Shown here in pieces: positions 25,750 to 38,700 of a stretch of 64,000 bases of DNA; positions within the stretch are counted from its first letter, which is position 1; each line of letters opens with the position of its first letter. Below the pieces are notes generated by a model, which did not search any database, was not told where the DNA came from, and saw nothing but the letters and a program-made list of their open reading frames with translations. Both the position numbers and the translations under genes were made by a program. The stretch is from Fistulifera solaris (Eukaryota): the NCBI GenBank assembly GCA_030295235.1, contig AP026154.1, positions 434,001 to 498,000 of the forward strand, written 5' to 3'.

Positions 25750-26862
25750 CTATTTTTCGTGCACGGGCACGACATCACCGGGCCAAACCGTCGTCATGAT
25801 GTCCTGCAAACTCTCTTTTGATGGACTGTGATGATGATGGGAATTCAATGGAGGATCGCAAATGATCAAGGGAATGGTATGAGTCGCTTCTTTGGTATCC
25901 AGGATACGAATGCACAAGAAGTGTTGGATTTGTATACGTTTCGTACCAAGATACGTATCCCGGGCTGTGGAGGGTATCGGAATAGAAATGGGAAAATTCT
26001 CCACAGCATGCAACTCCTGTTCCATCTCTAGTTTCATACGTTCTACGTCCGACCATTCCGGAGGATTGGTTGGCGCAAGGCGTTGTTCGGACTGTATGTG
26101 CTTGTGTGCATGAGCGGTATGACAATACGTCTTCCAGTGAATTTCTTCCATGACTTGAACTGTCACTTCTGCGGTAGGAGGACCTCGCATCGACAAGGAC
26201 ACTGGCAAAGACCGGCCTTTCGCGACATGCGTGTTTTCCATGTGCACGGCTAAAAGTAAGTCAGGAGACAACGACAATGGTGCCAAATGATACGGATGTG
26301 TCTTGGTCGACAAGGTAGGGCCGACAATATGAACCGGTCGCGTGACAGAAACGTGCGTCCCGTACCAAGCCGTCAATTCGTAACTGACGGAACAACCGCG
26401 GGGTCCATCGTCTTCGAAATAGAAGGAAGGAGCGAGTGATCCGGGTAAGAAAACGGCAAAGGGCAAAGTCGTCGTCGTCGTCGTTGTCGTCAAACCGTTT
26501 GGTTGCTCTTGATTAAAGTCGTGTAGTATTTGCTCTTCATCAAAGATAATGTCTTCCTTTTCCTGTCCGCGACACGAGTTTAACAAAGTGGGTGTCGTCC
26601 ATGTTTGTTCTTTGCCAATGAACGAAATGGATAATTTGCTATTTCCATCGGATTGCAGTGAGGGATATTCTACGGTAACGGTACCTTTGATCCATCGTTG
26701 CGCACGATAAACGCAATCTGTACAATCGATTAGCAAAGAAGAAACAGGGGGTGAGATCAAAGCAGCACGATGAATGCTTTCTCTCTCTTGCCGATCTGTC
26801 GCATTACCTTCATGATCTAGAGAAAGGTGCAATACGGTATTTTCGGTAGCGTTGACTTTCAT
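25750..26862 (-). CDS. Arrestin-domain protein
   Basis: IKGTVTV, ISFIGKEQT, LPFAVFLPGSLAPSF, VSYELTA and IQIQHFLCI match the arrestin N/C sandwich pattern. Confidence 0.7.
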   Translation of the reverse strand: MKVNATENTVLHLSLDHEGNATDRQERESIHRAALISPPVSSLLIDCTDCVYRAQRWIKGTVTVEYPSLQSDGNSKLSISFIGKEQTWTTPTLLNSCRGQEKEDIIFDEEQILHDFNQEQPNGLTTTTTTTTLPFAVFLPGSLAPSFYFEDDGPRGCSVSYELTAWYGTHVSVTRPVHIVGPTLSTKTHPYHLAPLSLSPDLLLAVHMENTHVAKGRSLPVSLSMRGPPTAEVTVQVMEEIHWKTYCHTAHAHKHIQSEQRLAPTNPPEWSDVERMKLEMEQELHAVENFPISIPIPSTARDTYLGTKRIQIQHFLCIRILDTKEATHTIPLIICDPPLNSHHHHSPSKESLQDIMTTVWPGDVVPVHEK

Positions 26863-27530
26863 GGTAACTTGATGCTTTGTTTATTATTTTGATGTTACAA
26901 GAATAACGATGATAGTTTGTCGAAGTAAGGCCATGGGAGGGTGTGATGATGCGTAACAAACGGTTCGCATTTTCTCGTTGCGAATTTGGGCGGCTTTTAG
27001 TTGTTTCGTCGCGCGGTTCGGGTTTCTCGCAGAAGCATGTCAACGAATATTTACTATACGTGATAATGTAGTATAATCGCCAAGCAGACGGCGATTGTCC
27101 ATCCTCGCGTCGTCTGTCGTCTCTCGTCGGCATTTCTCGCCACGACGACGATGAGCCCAACCCGCCTCTCTCGAGTCGGAGAAAAGTCAAAGAAGCGCGA
27201 CCTCCCTCCTGAAATACCAATGAACAATGAAAAGAAAAGCAAAGAGCAAATCATCACAAAAACAATCTTCCGTTTGGATTACAACCGGGGAGTTTACGTT
27301 CGAGTCGAACTTCCTGTCCGATGCGACACCAACGACAGTTCGTGATGCCGTCGGCTCGGTCCCACGACGATGACGTCATTAGGGCCACAGAAAGCCGCGT
27401 TGATGGTTGATACCTGGTACGCCGTAGTAATTATGATGAATTGATGAATGCATGATGAAAATTTAACACAATCTACCTCACTTTCTTCCACAACACTTTT
27501 GATAACAAACAATCAACAAACTACCAAAAG

Positions 27531-28405
27531 ATGAGACAGAATAGTTTATATAATTGGATGCTATCCATTTGCTGCTGCTGGGGCGCCCTTTGCAGCCTAC
27601 AATCAGTTATAATCCTTCAATAATTCGGCGTGACTTTTTCATTCAGTCCTTCCTGGCATCAACCATTCCACAATCCGCATCTAGAATCGAAGAACAATCT
27701 GTGCAACGGATCAAACCGTATGCACCACTGGAACAATTGCTTCCTGCTGTTCGTGTAAAACAACGGATTGATCGTGCTCTTGCCATTGCTGACGCCGACG
27801 ATTCTTCAGTAGCCGATGAGTTACAAGAATTACTCTTTCCTCCTCCCGGTGCTCTTCTCGGAACCGCAACCGTAGATTCAACGGCCGGCAACAAACCTAG
27901 TCAACTATATCTCGATTCGTACCAACGCACCCGCGAACAAGCTCCTCTCTTGGCGCAACCGGGTGCGTGGTTGGTGCAGAATGGGGAAATCCGGGCCTGG
28001 AAGAATTTGCAATCTCGTGAACAACAACAAGAGATTCGCGATGAAGCTCGCGCGGCGTTCAATGCGTACACGAACGCGTTATCGTACAACGCGGAATCGT
28101 ATCTGTGGACGGCTTCGCCCGAACTCAAAAAACAATTTATTCGGCAAGATCGATTGCCGGATGTGAAAGCCGTCGTCACGGCCGATTTGGATTTGCGGTA
28201 TTTGTATCGCAATCAGATATTGACCTCCTGGGAAGACGCGCGGGCGGAATGGCGGTATCAAACCACGCAGACGCCACCGGACTGGAAGGAGTTGTTAGAA
28301 ATTTTGAAACAAGCACAAATGGCCTGTAATCGATGGTTTGATTTTATTGACGACAAGGATATCGAGGAAGCCATGAAAGTTGTGGATCAGGAATGGAAGA
28401 GATAG
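27531..28405 (+). CDS. Hypothetical plastid/thylakoid-lumen protein
   Basis: Signal-like leader from ATG 27531 (…CCWGA-LQP after one indel at ~27588), twin-arginine-like RRDFF, then a long ORF. Confidence 0.6.
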
Positions 28406-28473
28406 TACGATAGAAGAGTGTCCAAAACGGTAGCACTCGTCAACGGCAATCTAATCAGCCTACTCTGCCTGGT

Positions 28474-28493
28474 TCTCTCTCTCTCTCTCTCTC
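28474..28493. repeat. (CT)n microsatellite
   Basis: About 10 CT units read directly. Confidence 0.9.
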
Positions 28494-29396
28494 CATCACC
28501 TATTCTTTCTTGACTCGGCGGTCTTCTCTTCGTTTCGCATTACGACACATGCAACTTTCTTCAGCACACACTCGTATTAGTTGTCCCTCGATAGATTCTC
28601 TATGGACATAACGATTTTATTTTAGAAAGTCAAAGGAAAGTGCGTTGCCAATGAATTTGGGGTGCCTATTGTGATGACGACTGGATTTAAGTCATGAATT
28701 CTTATTTTCCAGTTAACCTCCGTCCGTCCTGCTCCCTGGGTAAAGCCACTTCTGTCGTCATAACAATACAAATACCTACTAGGTGACGTGACAAAGACTG
28801 CTTTTCAGTCATGAAGAATCAAGATATTTTCGAGTCAAGCTGCTTCCTTAGTTCATTCTGCTAGCTTAGAACGCTTCATTTGTCTTTAATTCAGTTTTTT
28901 TTTCAACCTACAGCATCAGTGATGAACGCTTCGACGAGCTGCACATCGAATGCGTGACCATGACGACGCCTGAAAGGTGCGGGAAATTGTGTACTTCCAC
29001 GTAAGCCCCCGTAGAGAAATGTACCAAGCAGAGGTGCGTTCCCGTGTCTCCGTTTTTTTCTGACTACATACCTGATAGATCGAGCACATCCTCTCGTCGT
29101 AACGCTGCTGCACGGAAAAAGCGTCTCCGTGAGTCGTGAGAATAATCGAGTCACAAGCATCAAAATAAAATTCTCAACGGTCGATCTGCTGGACATTTAT
29201 TTCTTGCGAATGAAGAATAATGCGAATAAGCAATGACTACTGAGACACATTCACATACATCATTATCCTCTAGGATTTTGATCGAAAGAAAGAAAACGAG
29301 TCAGTCGTCACGTCACTCATTTCGACAGCACACCCACTTTTACTGACTACCTTATCATCATCCGATAGCAGAGCCACCTAAAACAAAAAAAAAATC

Positions 29397-29457
29397 ATGT
29401 CGAGATCTTCGAAATCGAAAAACAAACGAGCCAAGAAAAAGCAGGAAGTAGTTGCCC

Positions 29458-29492
<35 letters not shown>

Positions 29493-30348
29493 GAAGAAGA
29501 AGAGGACGAGGTGGTGGTTGAAACTGTCGAAACCATTGTCGAAACGACCATTACGACAGTCGCAGAGGGAGAAACGAGCCTTGAGCCGAAAGACGAAGAA
29601 GTCAACAACAAAGAAGAAGATGATAACGAGAAGGAAGTTGGAAGGAACAATACTAATAAAGAAGACGAAGCATCTTCTTCGAAGAAACGCAGCGCCGAGG
29701 AAATGGACGGTTTTGATTTGGGAAAGATGGTGGGACAGATTGTCAATACCGTAGGGTCCTTTTTTCAACAGTTTTGGGGAAGCCAACCGGCGGAACCTAC
29801 CGAAGGACCACCCTCGATCGATCAGATTATCCCAATGATGCTGTTGGGCGAGGGAATGTTGGAATCGGCCTTGTGGGAAGTGGTTAGCAAGGAAGGAACT
29901 GTGAAAGAATATAAGAAAGATTTAGCCTTCGAAACGCGACACGGCGACACCTCTAACGTGCACAGTGTCCGATTGCAGCTGTACCATGGCTTACAAAATC
30001 CCGAGGAGGAGGAGGAGGAGGCCTGGCCCACTCCCCCTCCCGTCGGTCCAGACCATTGTATTGGTATTGCCTGACCCATCTTTGGTGGAAAAATGGATTC
30101 GTTGGATTCGTCAACCGTTCCCAAAAGTGGCGATTGTGCTATTGTTGACCGGTGCGCCACCGGAGAGTGAATGGCACTGCAGTGACATCCAATCATGGCA
30201 TTGTTTGTCGTCGTCGGAAAGTCCCCATCACGTGTCTTCGATTGATGATTTGTTGTATTCGTTGGTGGAGCGCAGTTTCGTGGACGACAAGCCATCGGCG
30301 AAGCGTAGAAAAATGGATCCTATTACTGTAGCAGAGAGTCAAGAATAA
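29397..30348 (+). CDS. Hypothetical protein: polyQ/acidic N-terminus, degenerate small-GTPase-like C-terminal domain, basic NLS-like tail
   Basis: ORF 29397 joins ORF 29965 at the C-run ~30033-30041. Ends PSAKRRK. Confidence 0.6.
29457..29492 (+). repeat. (CAA)12 coding trinucleotide repeat (polyQ)
   Basis: Read directly. Confidence 0.95.
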
Positions 30349-30701
30349 TAGTTAGCAAAAAATTTAAACAAAAGTATTGGGGACGAGTTGCTCGAAGAGC
30401 TCTAGACGAGTTTGACTTCCTAATCAACCTAGTTTCCTCCTCATCCCCGCCGAAAGGTGTTCCTACATTGATTGTTGAAATATGACTACTTTCATAAACG
30501 TTATCATTATGTTTTTGACTGACACTGACAGTGAATAGTCACGACTTACTGCTTTCCTCGACCACATTCTTGTCATACCGTAAAACAGGTTTCATTCGGA
30601 TCGATCGAGAGGAATCAACGCGCCATATCTATGCCTCGCCATCTTTTAATACTCTTGCACTTAAAAGCGAAAGTGGACGGATCCGTGTCCTGTTGACGAG
30701 A

Positions 30702-31256
30702 TTATGCTGAATTTCCCACGTCGTCGCGCACGGTAGATAAAAAGGCCAAAGCCGCCAAGCCCACCGCCACCAATGAGCCAATCAAGGTTGCGCGGTGATT
30801 CTTACTTTTCGTGGCATTCACTTGCAACTGACTTGTCTCGGTTGATGTAGATTTAATGGAAACGGTTGGCTGCTCGGATGAGTAATCTGTGGGATTCTTG
30901 GATGGAGCGGCAGTGTTAGCAATCGACGGCGCATATGACGAGACCAAAGTCCCTGGGCTGCTCTCGGGGATGGCGGGAGCTGGTGTCGGCGCTTTCGGAA
31001 CAGCTACCAATGGCGAGTGATCAATCCTATAGTCCATAGACATGGAAAAGCTCATGCTCGCAGCAAAGTTGCTCGCCAAGAAACGAAAGACATTTCGCCC
31101 ATCTTCCTCGCTCAGGAGCGACTCGAAGCTGTTGACAGAGTTCTTCTTCGCAGAAAATGGATTATCACCAGTATCAATACGAAACAGCCGACGGCCTTCG
31201 GAGGGTAGTGCCGTCAACAAGACGACTAATACAAGCGTGTTGATTAGCTTGAACAT
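30702..31256 (-). CDS. Hypothetical secreted/type I membrane protein, Pro/Ser/Thr-rich
   Basis: Signal peptide, SMSFSMSM low-complexity motif, PTPAP stretch, C-terminal TM. Confidence 0.65.
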   Translation of the reverse strand: MFKLINTLVLVVLLTALPSEGRRLFRIDTGDNPFSAKKNSVNSFESLLSEEDGRNVFRFLASNFAASMSFSMSMDYRIDHSPLVAVPKAPTPAPAIPESSPGTLVSSYAPSIANTAAPSKNPTDYSSEQPTVSIKSTSTETSQLQVNATKSKNHRATLIGSLVAVGLAALAFLSTVRDDVGNSA

Positions 31257-31527
31257 GATAAGTTAGGTTCGTGAATATATTGAGCATAGGCACTCTCTGG
31301 CAACTTTTGTGGGCGAAGAAATAGGATAGCTCTTCCTTTCGCACATAGCGACTCCATCCATTTAACGGAAATCTACTATCACCGTCTCGTGACTTTGTAT
31401 TGAAGAAAACCGACGAGATGTATCACCTTGTTTCCAACACCGATTAGCGTGACGGACGAAAACAACCTTTCAATTATGCCCGCTCCTCGTGGCTACCCAC
31501 CGGCCAGTTCACTTTGTTTCAAATAAC

Positions 31528-32343
31528 TTAGTCACGTGATATTCCATCCCATGAAAGCATCACATCCGATCGAATCACATACTTGGGCCGTGGACCGGAA
31601 CGCACCGGTGAACCTTCGTGTAGCGGCCAATGCGATCGAGCATAATCTAACGCCTCCTCTCCGACGGCCTGAGGAAAAACCAAACACGATCCCGCTTCTG
31701 GACGCACCGATGCGATGATGTCACCCTGTTGCGAATAAAAATTGGTCTCTCCGCCCACGAAATCGTCATTGAGGTAGATCAGTAAAGTCAAACGAGAAAC
31801 GATTGTTCCAGCTGAAATATCCCAAACCAATTCTCGTCCATTGTGTCCGGAAGGAGGAAAGGCTGAATCAATGTGCGGCGCAAAATGCTGGTTCGTACCG
31901 GAGGCGTATCGATACACCCGCCAGCGGCGATTGATGCCGACCATTTCGTGAGCCTCACGGCAGAAAGGTCGTAGGGCATTACTGAGAATTTGACACGTGT
32001 CTTCCGGCACCACAATCTGTAAGGCTCCGTGGTGATTTTTACCCGCCTGAAAGGAAGCAAAGCCGAGCGTGGTTTCGAACTCTTCAATGAGAGTCTCACA
32101 AACCGGTCGCGTCAAAAGAGAACGCAAGGTAAACGCGGGACCTTGTTGCAACAAGGGCTCCATATCGTCTTTGAATTGCGGTGAAGAGGATTGTATTAAG
32201 GGTAAAGAAGAACACGCGAAGGTGGGAACCGACACGGCGGCCAAGAAGCCATCTTGACCGACCAAAGGAACGATGCCGCCTATTGTCGTCGATTTTGGTT
32301 GTAAGGCTTCCGCGACGAAAGCCAGCAGTAACACTTTATACAT
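31528..32343 (-). CDS. 2-oxoglutarate/Fe(II)-dependent oxygenase (prolyl-hydroxylase-like), probable plastid leader
   Basis: HID, LTLLIYLNDDFVGGET, LHEGSPV and KYVIRSD motifs. Leader MYKVLLLAFVAEA-LQP. Confidence 0.85.
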   Translation of the reverse strand: MYKVLLLAFVAEALQPKSTTIGGIVPLVGQDGFLAAVSVPTFACSSLPLIQSSSPQFKDDMEPLLQQGPAFTLRSLLTRPVCETLIEEFETTLGFASFQAGKNHHGALQIVVPEDTCQILSNALRPFCREAHEMVGINRRWRVYRYASGTNQHFAPHIDSAFPPSGHNGRELVWDISAGTIVSRLTLLIYLNDDFVGGETNFYSQQGDIIASVRPEAGSCLVFPQAVGEEALDYARSHWPLHEGSPVRSGPRPKYVIRSDVMLSWDGISRD

Positions 32344-32756
32344 TTTTTCGAGTGGCATTATCATTGCGTGCACTACAATTAAAAAAAATTAAAAACGAAA
32401 GGTTGATACTGTGTTTTTTTTCTGTCTTTCTTTTCAGTGAAAAATGAAAAAAGCCCGTCAGTTCTCCTTGCAAATTTCTTATTCACAAAAATTGGGGGTT
32501 TTATTAATGCTATTACTCCGTACTCCGTATTTCTTTTTACTTACATTCATTTTCGATACAAAACAAATATTTTGCAATTCTTCATATACTTTTTTTTATA
32601 AAAGCTTCAACTGGACACTCGAATCCTGGGAGTTTAGAGATTACGCGAAACTACCGAGTCGTAAGTATCTCTCTAGCTTCAAGGTGACTAGATTATGTTA
32701 TCACGCAGCTACAAAGAATATCATCTTCCGTATTAAGCTAGCTAGATCATTCGTTC

Positions 32757-35700
32757 CTACCCTTGCAGAGCCAACAAATCAACGGCCTGATTCTGCAAAG
32801 TGTGCATAAATACCAAAGAAGGACCCGATAGATGACTGAAGATATCTTCACTGAAACATAGAAAGTCTTTCAAAGCTTGACCGTCATCGAGACAAAGAAA
32901 AATGCCTTTGGCCACCGAAAAAAGACGCTCTAAGGTAGAAAGCATATCGTTGCTCGAGAAAAGATCAGAGTCCTTGGCGGAAGCCAAGTCTTTCGAAAGA
33001 TGGGATAACAAAGGAGGAAGAAGACGTATTCTGGATATGCTCTGGTAAAGTGTCCTATCACGAAAGCGTTCGATAAAATCCAGAAGCGATTCCGAAGCCA
33101 GAAGCAGAGTACGAGGTAATTGGATTCGAGCCATTTCATGAAGCAGTATCTCAACAAAACTGGGGTCTGTTTCGTCATCATGCAGACTCATCTGGAGCAG
33201 TAGCAACAGGAATCTGCCACTTGTGCGCATGCCGCGATGATGTCTCCAAAGTGTGCGTGCGAAGGACAAGTAATGCATAGAGCTCAATCGTCCTAGATCA
33301 TCATGAGGGAAGAGGGAGACCCATCTCTTCTATTTCCTTTGCAACGAATGAACCGTACGCACAATCCCGAAGAAAACAGGAAGAAGATATGTGAGTAAGT
33401 AGACCATCGGAACGAACGACCCTCTCTAAAGCTTCTTGGGGACAAAGAACAGCTGCTGCTCGCAATGCGCGATGTCGCATAGCAAAAGTCGCCGCTCTTG
33501 GATTTGTTTCGACAGCGTTTAGTTCCTCTGAAACCAGCGAGTGGGATGATCCAGCGGCAAAAGCAACGCGTAACAGTTCACGGCTCATGTTCATTATGTG
33601 CTCTTCGCTACGAGACTCATGCGACGTATCGATTCTGCGTAATACATCTTTCTTTAATGGGCGAAGAGCATTTCCCTTGGTAGCAATCCCAGCGTTTTTC
33701 TTTGTCGTTACACTCATCGTCGCCTACCTCCTGGTGAGCCAGAACAAAGGCAATTCTGAGTGCCGCGCGTTGGCTCGCGTATTCCGATTTTTCACGAGGA
33801 GAACACGGCTTGATTGCAAACGGTTCATCTTCGGTGTTCAGCTGACCGAATCGATCCGAACCAAGACTTCCAGCCCAATCATCTGCAGTTTGCAAATCTG
33901 TTAAATCCATAACAAATGATGCATCTTCATGTGCAGCGTGATCTTTGCAGGAATCTTGGTCGGCTGCTCAACTGTGAAGCCGGCCTCAGTATTGTCGTCG
34001 CCATGCATCAACCACTTTGTCGCCAGTCTATGGGAATGCTGAGCGATAATTATGTGTGAGTGCTGTTCCGCAACAGCACTACATGCGCTATGTACAACTG
34101 AGCTCAAGTGTCGAACTTGCTCAGTTGGAACGCCATTATCAAGTGTCGCAACGGCCGCGACGAGAGATCCTTCCTCCAACAGGGACCCTATCAATTGCTC
34201 TGGACTTTCTTTGGGTTGGTCTCCAAGAATGTCGAGCAGTTGCTGTATCCTTTCGCTCATGCTTACTGTTAGCGAGCATAAGGCCGCCTTCAAGATTGCT
34301 TTGGCTTTTAAGTGATCTGAAAGAGCATCTTTCCTGGCTGATATTTGTTTGATTTTTTCCAAGAACAAAATTTCAAGATTCTTCAGGTGATCAGTCTTCT
34401 TGCCGGTTTGAAGGCAGCGCTCAATTTCCGTAGAGGCAATCATAACTGACTGCAAAGCGAGCTCAAGACATTTCAAACGATCGGAATCGTTTTGATAGTG
34501 GTTCGAGCACCATTCAGCAAGCTCAGCTTTGTCTTTTGAAGATCGAAGGCGGTCCAAAACAGGAACGATGTCGTTCTCGAAAGACGGGAAACATCCTCCT
34601 GTGGCTTTTGCATCTGTGAATCGAACAACTAAGAATCTGGCGTGAATATAGCCCGACGGAAATCCCAAAGGAATACACAGTGGCGCCAGGGCTGTTACCG
34701 TGCCACTTTCAGGGTACTCGCGAAGAGCTTTTTCAAGTGGGGCAATGGGATCAAAAGTATCATCGCTAGTTTTCTGTCCAGTAATGGAACATAATCTAAC
34801 TTTGCTTTGAACGGATGATGGGGTTTCCTCTAGCGGATGAAAAAAAGCAGTAAAGCAAGGGCGCATGGATTCTTTCTCCCCTTGGAAGAACGAAGATAAA
34901 ATAGTCAGAACATCTCGCCTTCGAACAATCAGATCAAGCTCATATTCAAGCCAATCCTTATCATGTTCCTCGAATTTGGAGGACTTGAGGAGGTCGGCTA
35001 GACTCTCATTATAAAGCGTCAGTAAAAGATCGATTTGATCGTAGTTGCTGGCCTGGTGCTTCTCGACGGCTAAGACACATCGACGAAGGACAACAGCACG
35101 GACGCTCTGAGAAGTGATACAATTTAATGAAATGCGAGCGACTTCTTCGAGGGCGTTGATATTCTGGTAGACATACTTGGAGAATGTCGGAGACAACAAC
35201 AGCTCCACATGCTTTTCAAAGACGAGATTGTCTGGGAGGCCGAACGCATGAGCAAATTTTCGAGATAATGTTGTAACGTCTGATGGACAGAGCGACTTCG
35301 ACAAGGCTTCCATGAGTGTTGGTATGAGTGACTTGGCGTACTGAATTGATTGCGAAACGCTCCCTTTGCACAAGTTACCAGGCGCATCAGTATCAAGGCG
35401 CTGCGCGTCGAAGCGCACTCCATGGCATTCTAAAACAATTGACCACATGGCCCTCTTTGCAAACTGTGCACACTGGGTTAGGAAAACATCTTGTCCCTTC
35501 CATCCGATAGGCAGAACGCTGCTGCCGTAAGCGTTTGTGAAACCACTTGCCGCACAAATGCCAACGTTAGCTAGATCTCGTAGTCGATTAAAACTATGTG
35601 TCTTCACTGCCGTTGGAAGACAAGCCTTAAATGCCTTGAAAGCAAGTTTTGATGGAAGCGCTAGAAGGAATGACACTGCGAGCTCGGAATCAATCTTCGC

Positions 35701-38700
35701 GTTTGTAATTCCTTTTCCGCCACCTCCAAGACAACGCTCAGTTAATGAAAAGTTGGCACTTCCAAATCCATCAAGAACGGATTCAGTACTCAAGTTGTGA
35801 TCGGCATGACATGACAGCGGCACACAGACGGAGGACCACATACACAAAGCCCGAAGTGATAGAAAGTGTGCCCCACTCTCGGAAAGCACCTCAAACAGTT
35901 CAGCCGTTCTATTGTCTTGATCATCTGAAAAAGAATGGCTTTGGAGAATACAAGCGCCTGGTGGAGTGCAAGGCTTGGTGACAGAAGTAGCCCGTCGCCA
36001 ATGTACCAGGAGGGGTGGAGCAAAGGTAAGCACAAAGATGATAAAGGCGTTTCTTGGCAAAAACACGATCATCTTCTGTTGGACGAGACTGCCATGCTTT
36101 CATTTGAAGTAAACGCTGCATGTGGTCTTGTTGCTCGCCAATACCTTCGTCTGCTCTGGTAAGAATCTGTGAAACAAAGTCGAGAATTGCAAACAGATTG
36201 ACAACTGCTGCCAAATTCGATTCGACGTGAAACAGGAGTGCTCGGTCGCGAACCAGCGAAGCTGCAATATTGATCTTCTCCATGCCACTGCCAGGTGCGT
36301 CATCAGCATCACGCATCGCTGCTTTACATAATGCTAGTGCTAGCGTGATCTGTCCAAAAGCAGCATTCATCGAACAGGAAAGAAGTCCCATCTCTTCAAG
36401 AAGTCTCATTACTTGCAAGCTGGTTCTGTTTGTGTCACCGCACAACACGACTGATACTGCTTTAAGCCATATGACATCCCCGATGGTGATATCTTCAGCA
36501 CAAAGTAGTAAACACGCCCGCTTTACACCTGCTAAGTTTGTGCTGAAGCAAGATGTGTGAAAGTTGGCGGACAAGTTTTGTCGCAAAAGCCGACAAGTTT
36601 GATCATAGGCAAAAGAATGACTGCGAAGCGTCGAAATACTTGCACGGACGCCGTGGTCTTCATTGAGTCGCAAAATGCATAAAAAATCTCGCCGAATCTT
36701 TTCCACGGAGGCTGATGCCCAGTAGCTGCTAACCTCTTCTACAGCATCAAGGTCCAGCCGATCAAAGTAATCAAGGGCGCAGTCTAACATCTTTGAGATA
36801 TGGCTGAGAACTAGTTGCCTATCATAAATCCGTTCTTCTTCATCGCAACTCAAGATCTCCTCAGCGTATGATAGCGTTTTTGTGAGGGAGGCTTGTGCGC
36901 TTCCGCTATTATATGCAATAAGTTGCAGCAGTAAATCAGTGATCAGACCAGCATTGTGGTGGAGCAATGCGTGCCTGAGAATTGAGGCGCCTACGTGAAC
37001 TTCGGAAAACTGATGAAATGCCTCGCAAAGAGCCAGAGAGTCCTTGACAACAGATGGACGCTCTATTTGATTAGTCACAAACCGTAGAAGTCGAATGGCG
37101 TGGAGAGAATTATCAACCCTGAAAAGCTGGCGGGCCCCAGGGCCACAATACTTTACCACAATCTGATCGATTGTAAGAAGTCTTGATGCTTCTTCCAGTT
37201 CCAACTGCATCTTGGAGTCAGAGGCCGCCCAGAAAATAGCTTCTTTGGAGAAGTCACTTAGCCACTCGGGAGAGTCACCGCATCGAAGGGCGGCTCGAAT
37301 GACTGAAAGAGCAATTTGACATCGTGTAAGAATCGATGAACAGCACCGTGCCAAAGAAGCAGCCTCCTTCAGCGCGCTGACCGTAATAGTACTTTTCGCA
37401 CTCAAGAAATCTTCACAGTACGTAAAAATAGCTCGTTCTCTATCTGTATTGAATTCTCGACAAAACGGCTCAATTCTCTCCGTTAGTGTCTCGAGCCGGG
37501 TGTGATGGTTTGGAGCTTCCTTTGACATGATCCGAACTAGCTCTGTTACAACATATTGTGCTCCTCCACGAGACACAAAGTTCCGGAGCGAAATAAGAGA
37601 ATGCCGCAGTCCATGTTTCCGGGCATCAACAAGGCATCGCGCACTGTGTAATTTGATCTCTGTGTTGTCCTCGATGCCATCATACTCTTCAAAAGACCGC
37701 GGAAAATGGTTGGGCTTCTTTGATGCCCCTCTTCGCAATGCTCCCAGTTCAAGAATTGTAGGGATAGGTTTACCAGCCAATGATACGTCGTAACTTTTTG
37801 ACTTGTCACGTCGGGGAGAACTGTCCGATGAGGATGTGTTTAAGCTTCCGCGAGAAATGTCCAAGGAAGATGACTGTTCTTTTCCTGGAGGCGAAGCCCG
37901 CTCACTTTCTATAGTCGCAACAAAGGGACTGCGTCTCGAAAACGAGGCATGAGTTTCTCGCGAGAGATATCGGGTGGCTTGTTCGATGCACTGAAAAAGG
38001 TTTTTGAGAGAGCATATACTCAAATTTTTGCAAACAACGATAGAAACAAAACGTACCGATAGCAAATCGATTGCTGCTTGTATGTCACAATCGGGCTGGT
38101 GGGTTTCGTCTAGCTGGTCGGCAATGGCGCACGACCAGGCACGGATCATCGCGAACAATTCCCCATTAATCGTCAACTTGGGCAGAATCAAGTCACGAAG
38201 CATGGGAATATACAAGTGAGGCGAAACAGTTCCATCTATCTTCAAAATGGAACGTACAATATCGTCCATTGGCAGTAGCCCCCAACGACACACTTTGCTG
38301 GCTTCCAGAAATCGTTTCTCTTCGATCAGTGTCGAAAATAGTTGGCGCGTCGATTTGATCTGAGAAAAATGGCGTTTCAAACTAATTGATTCTCCGCCAA
38401 TTCGATCGAGCGTTTCCAATGCCGTCCATTTGGACCGCAAGGCACCCAACCGGACCTTCCACGAATCATCGTCCTGGGCGTTCATTTCTTCGATATACGT
38501 CGCGAGCGCCGATAGGCCGGCCATCATATCCGAAAGACTACAGTTGGCGGACGAATTCAACAAAGAGTCGACAGCATCCATCAATATTTGTTTTCCACTG
38601 GGATGTTGTCGCGCTCCTTCCGCAATGCGTTGCAGTAGCGTAGCCGCTTCGTCGGGTTGCGAACCATGTTGGAGCCAATGTCGCAAACGATTCAAGGCAA

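Noticed and set aside
29378..29746. Poly-Cys and poly-Leu ORFs on the minus strand
   Set aside because: Antisense readings of the (CAA)n polyQ repeat.
32380..32620. AT-rich tract as a possible centromere-like region
   Set aside because: Only ~250 bp and sits between two genes; consistent with ordinary terminator/promoter DNA.
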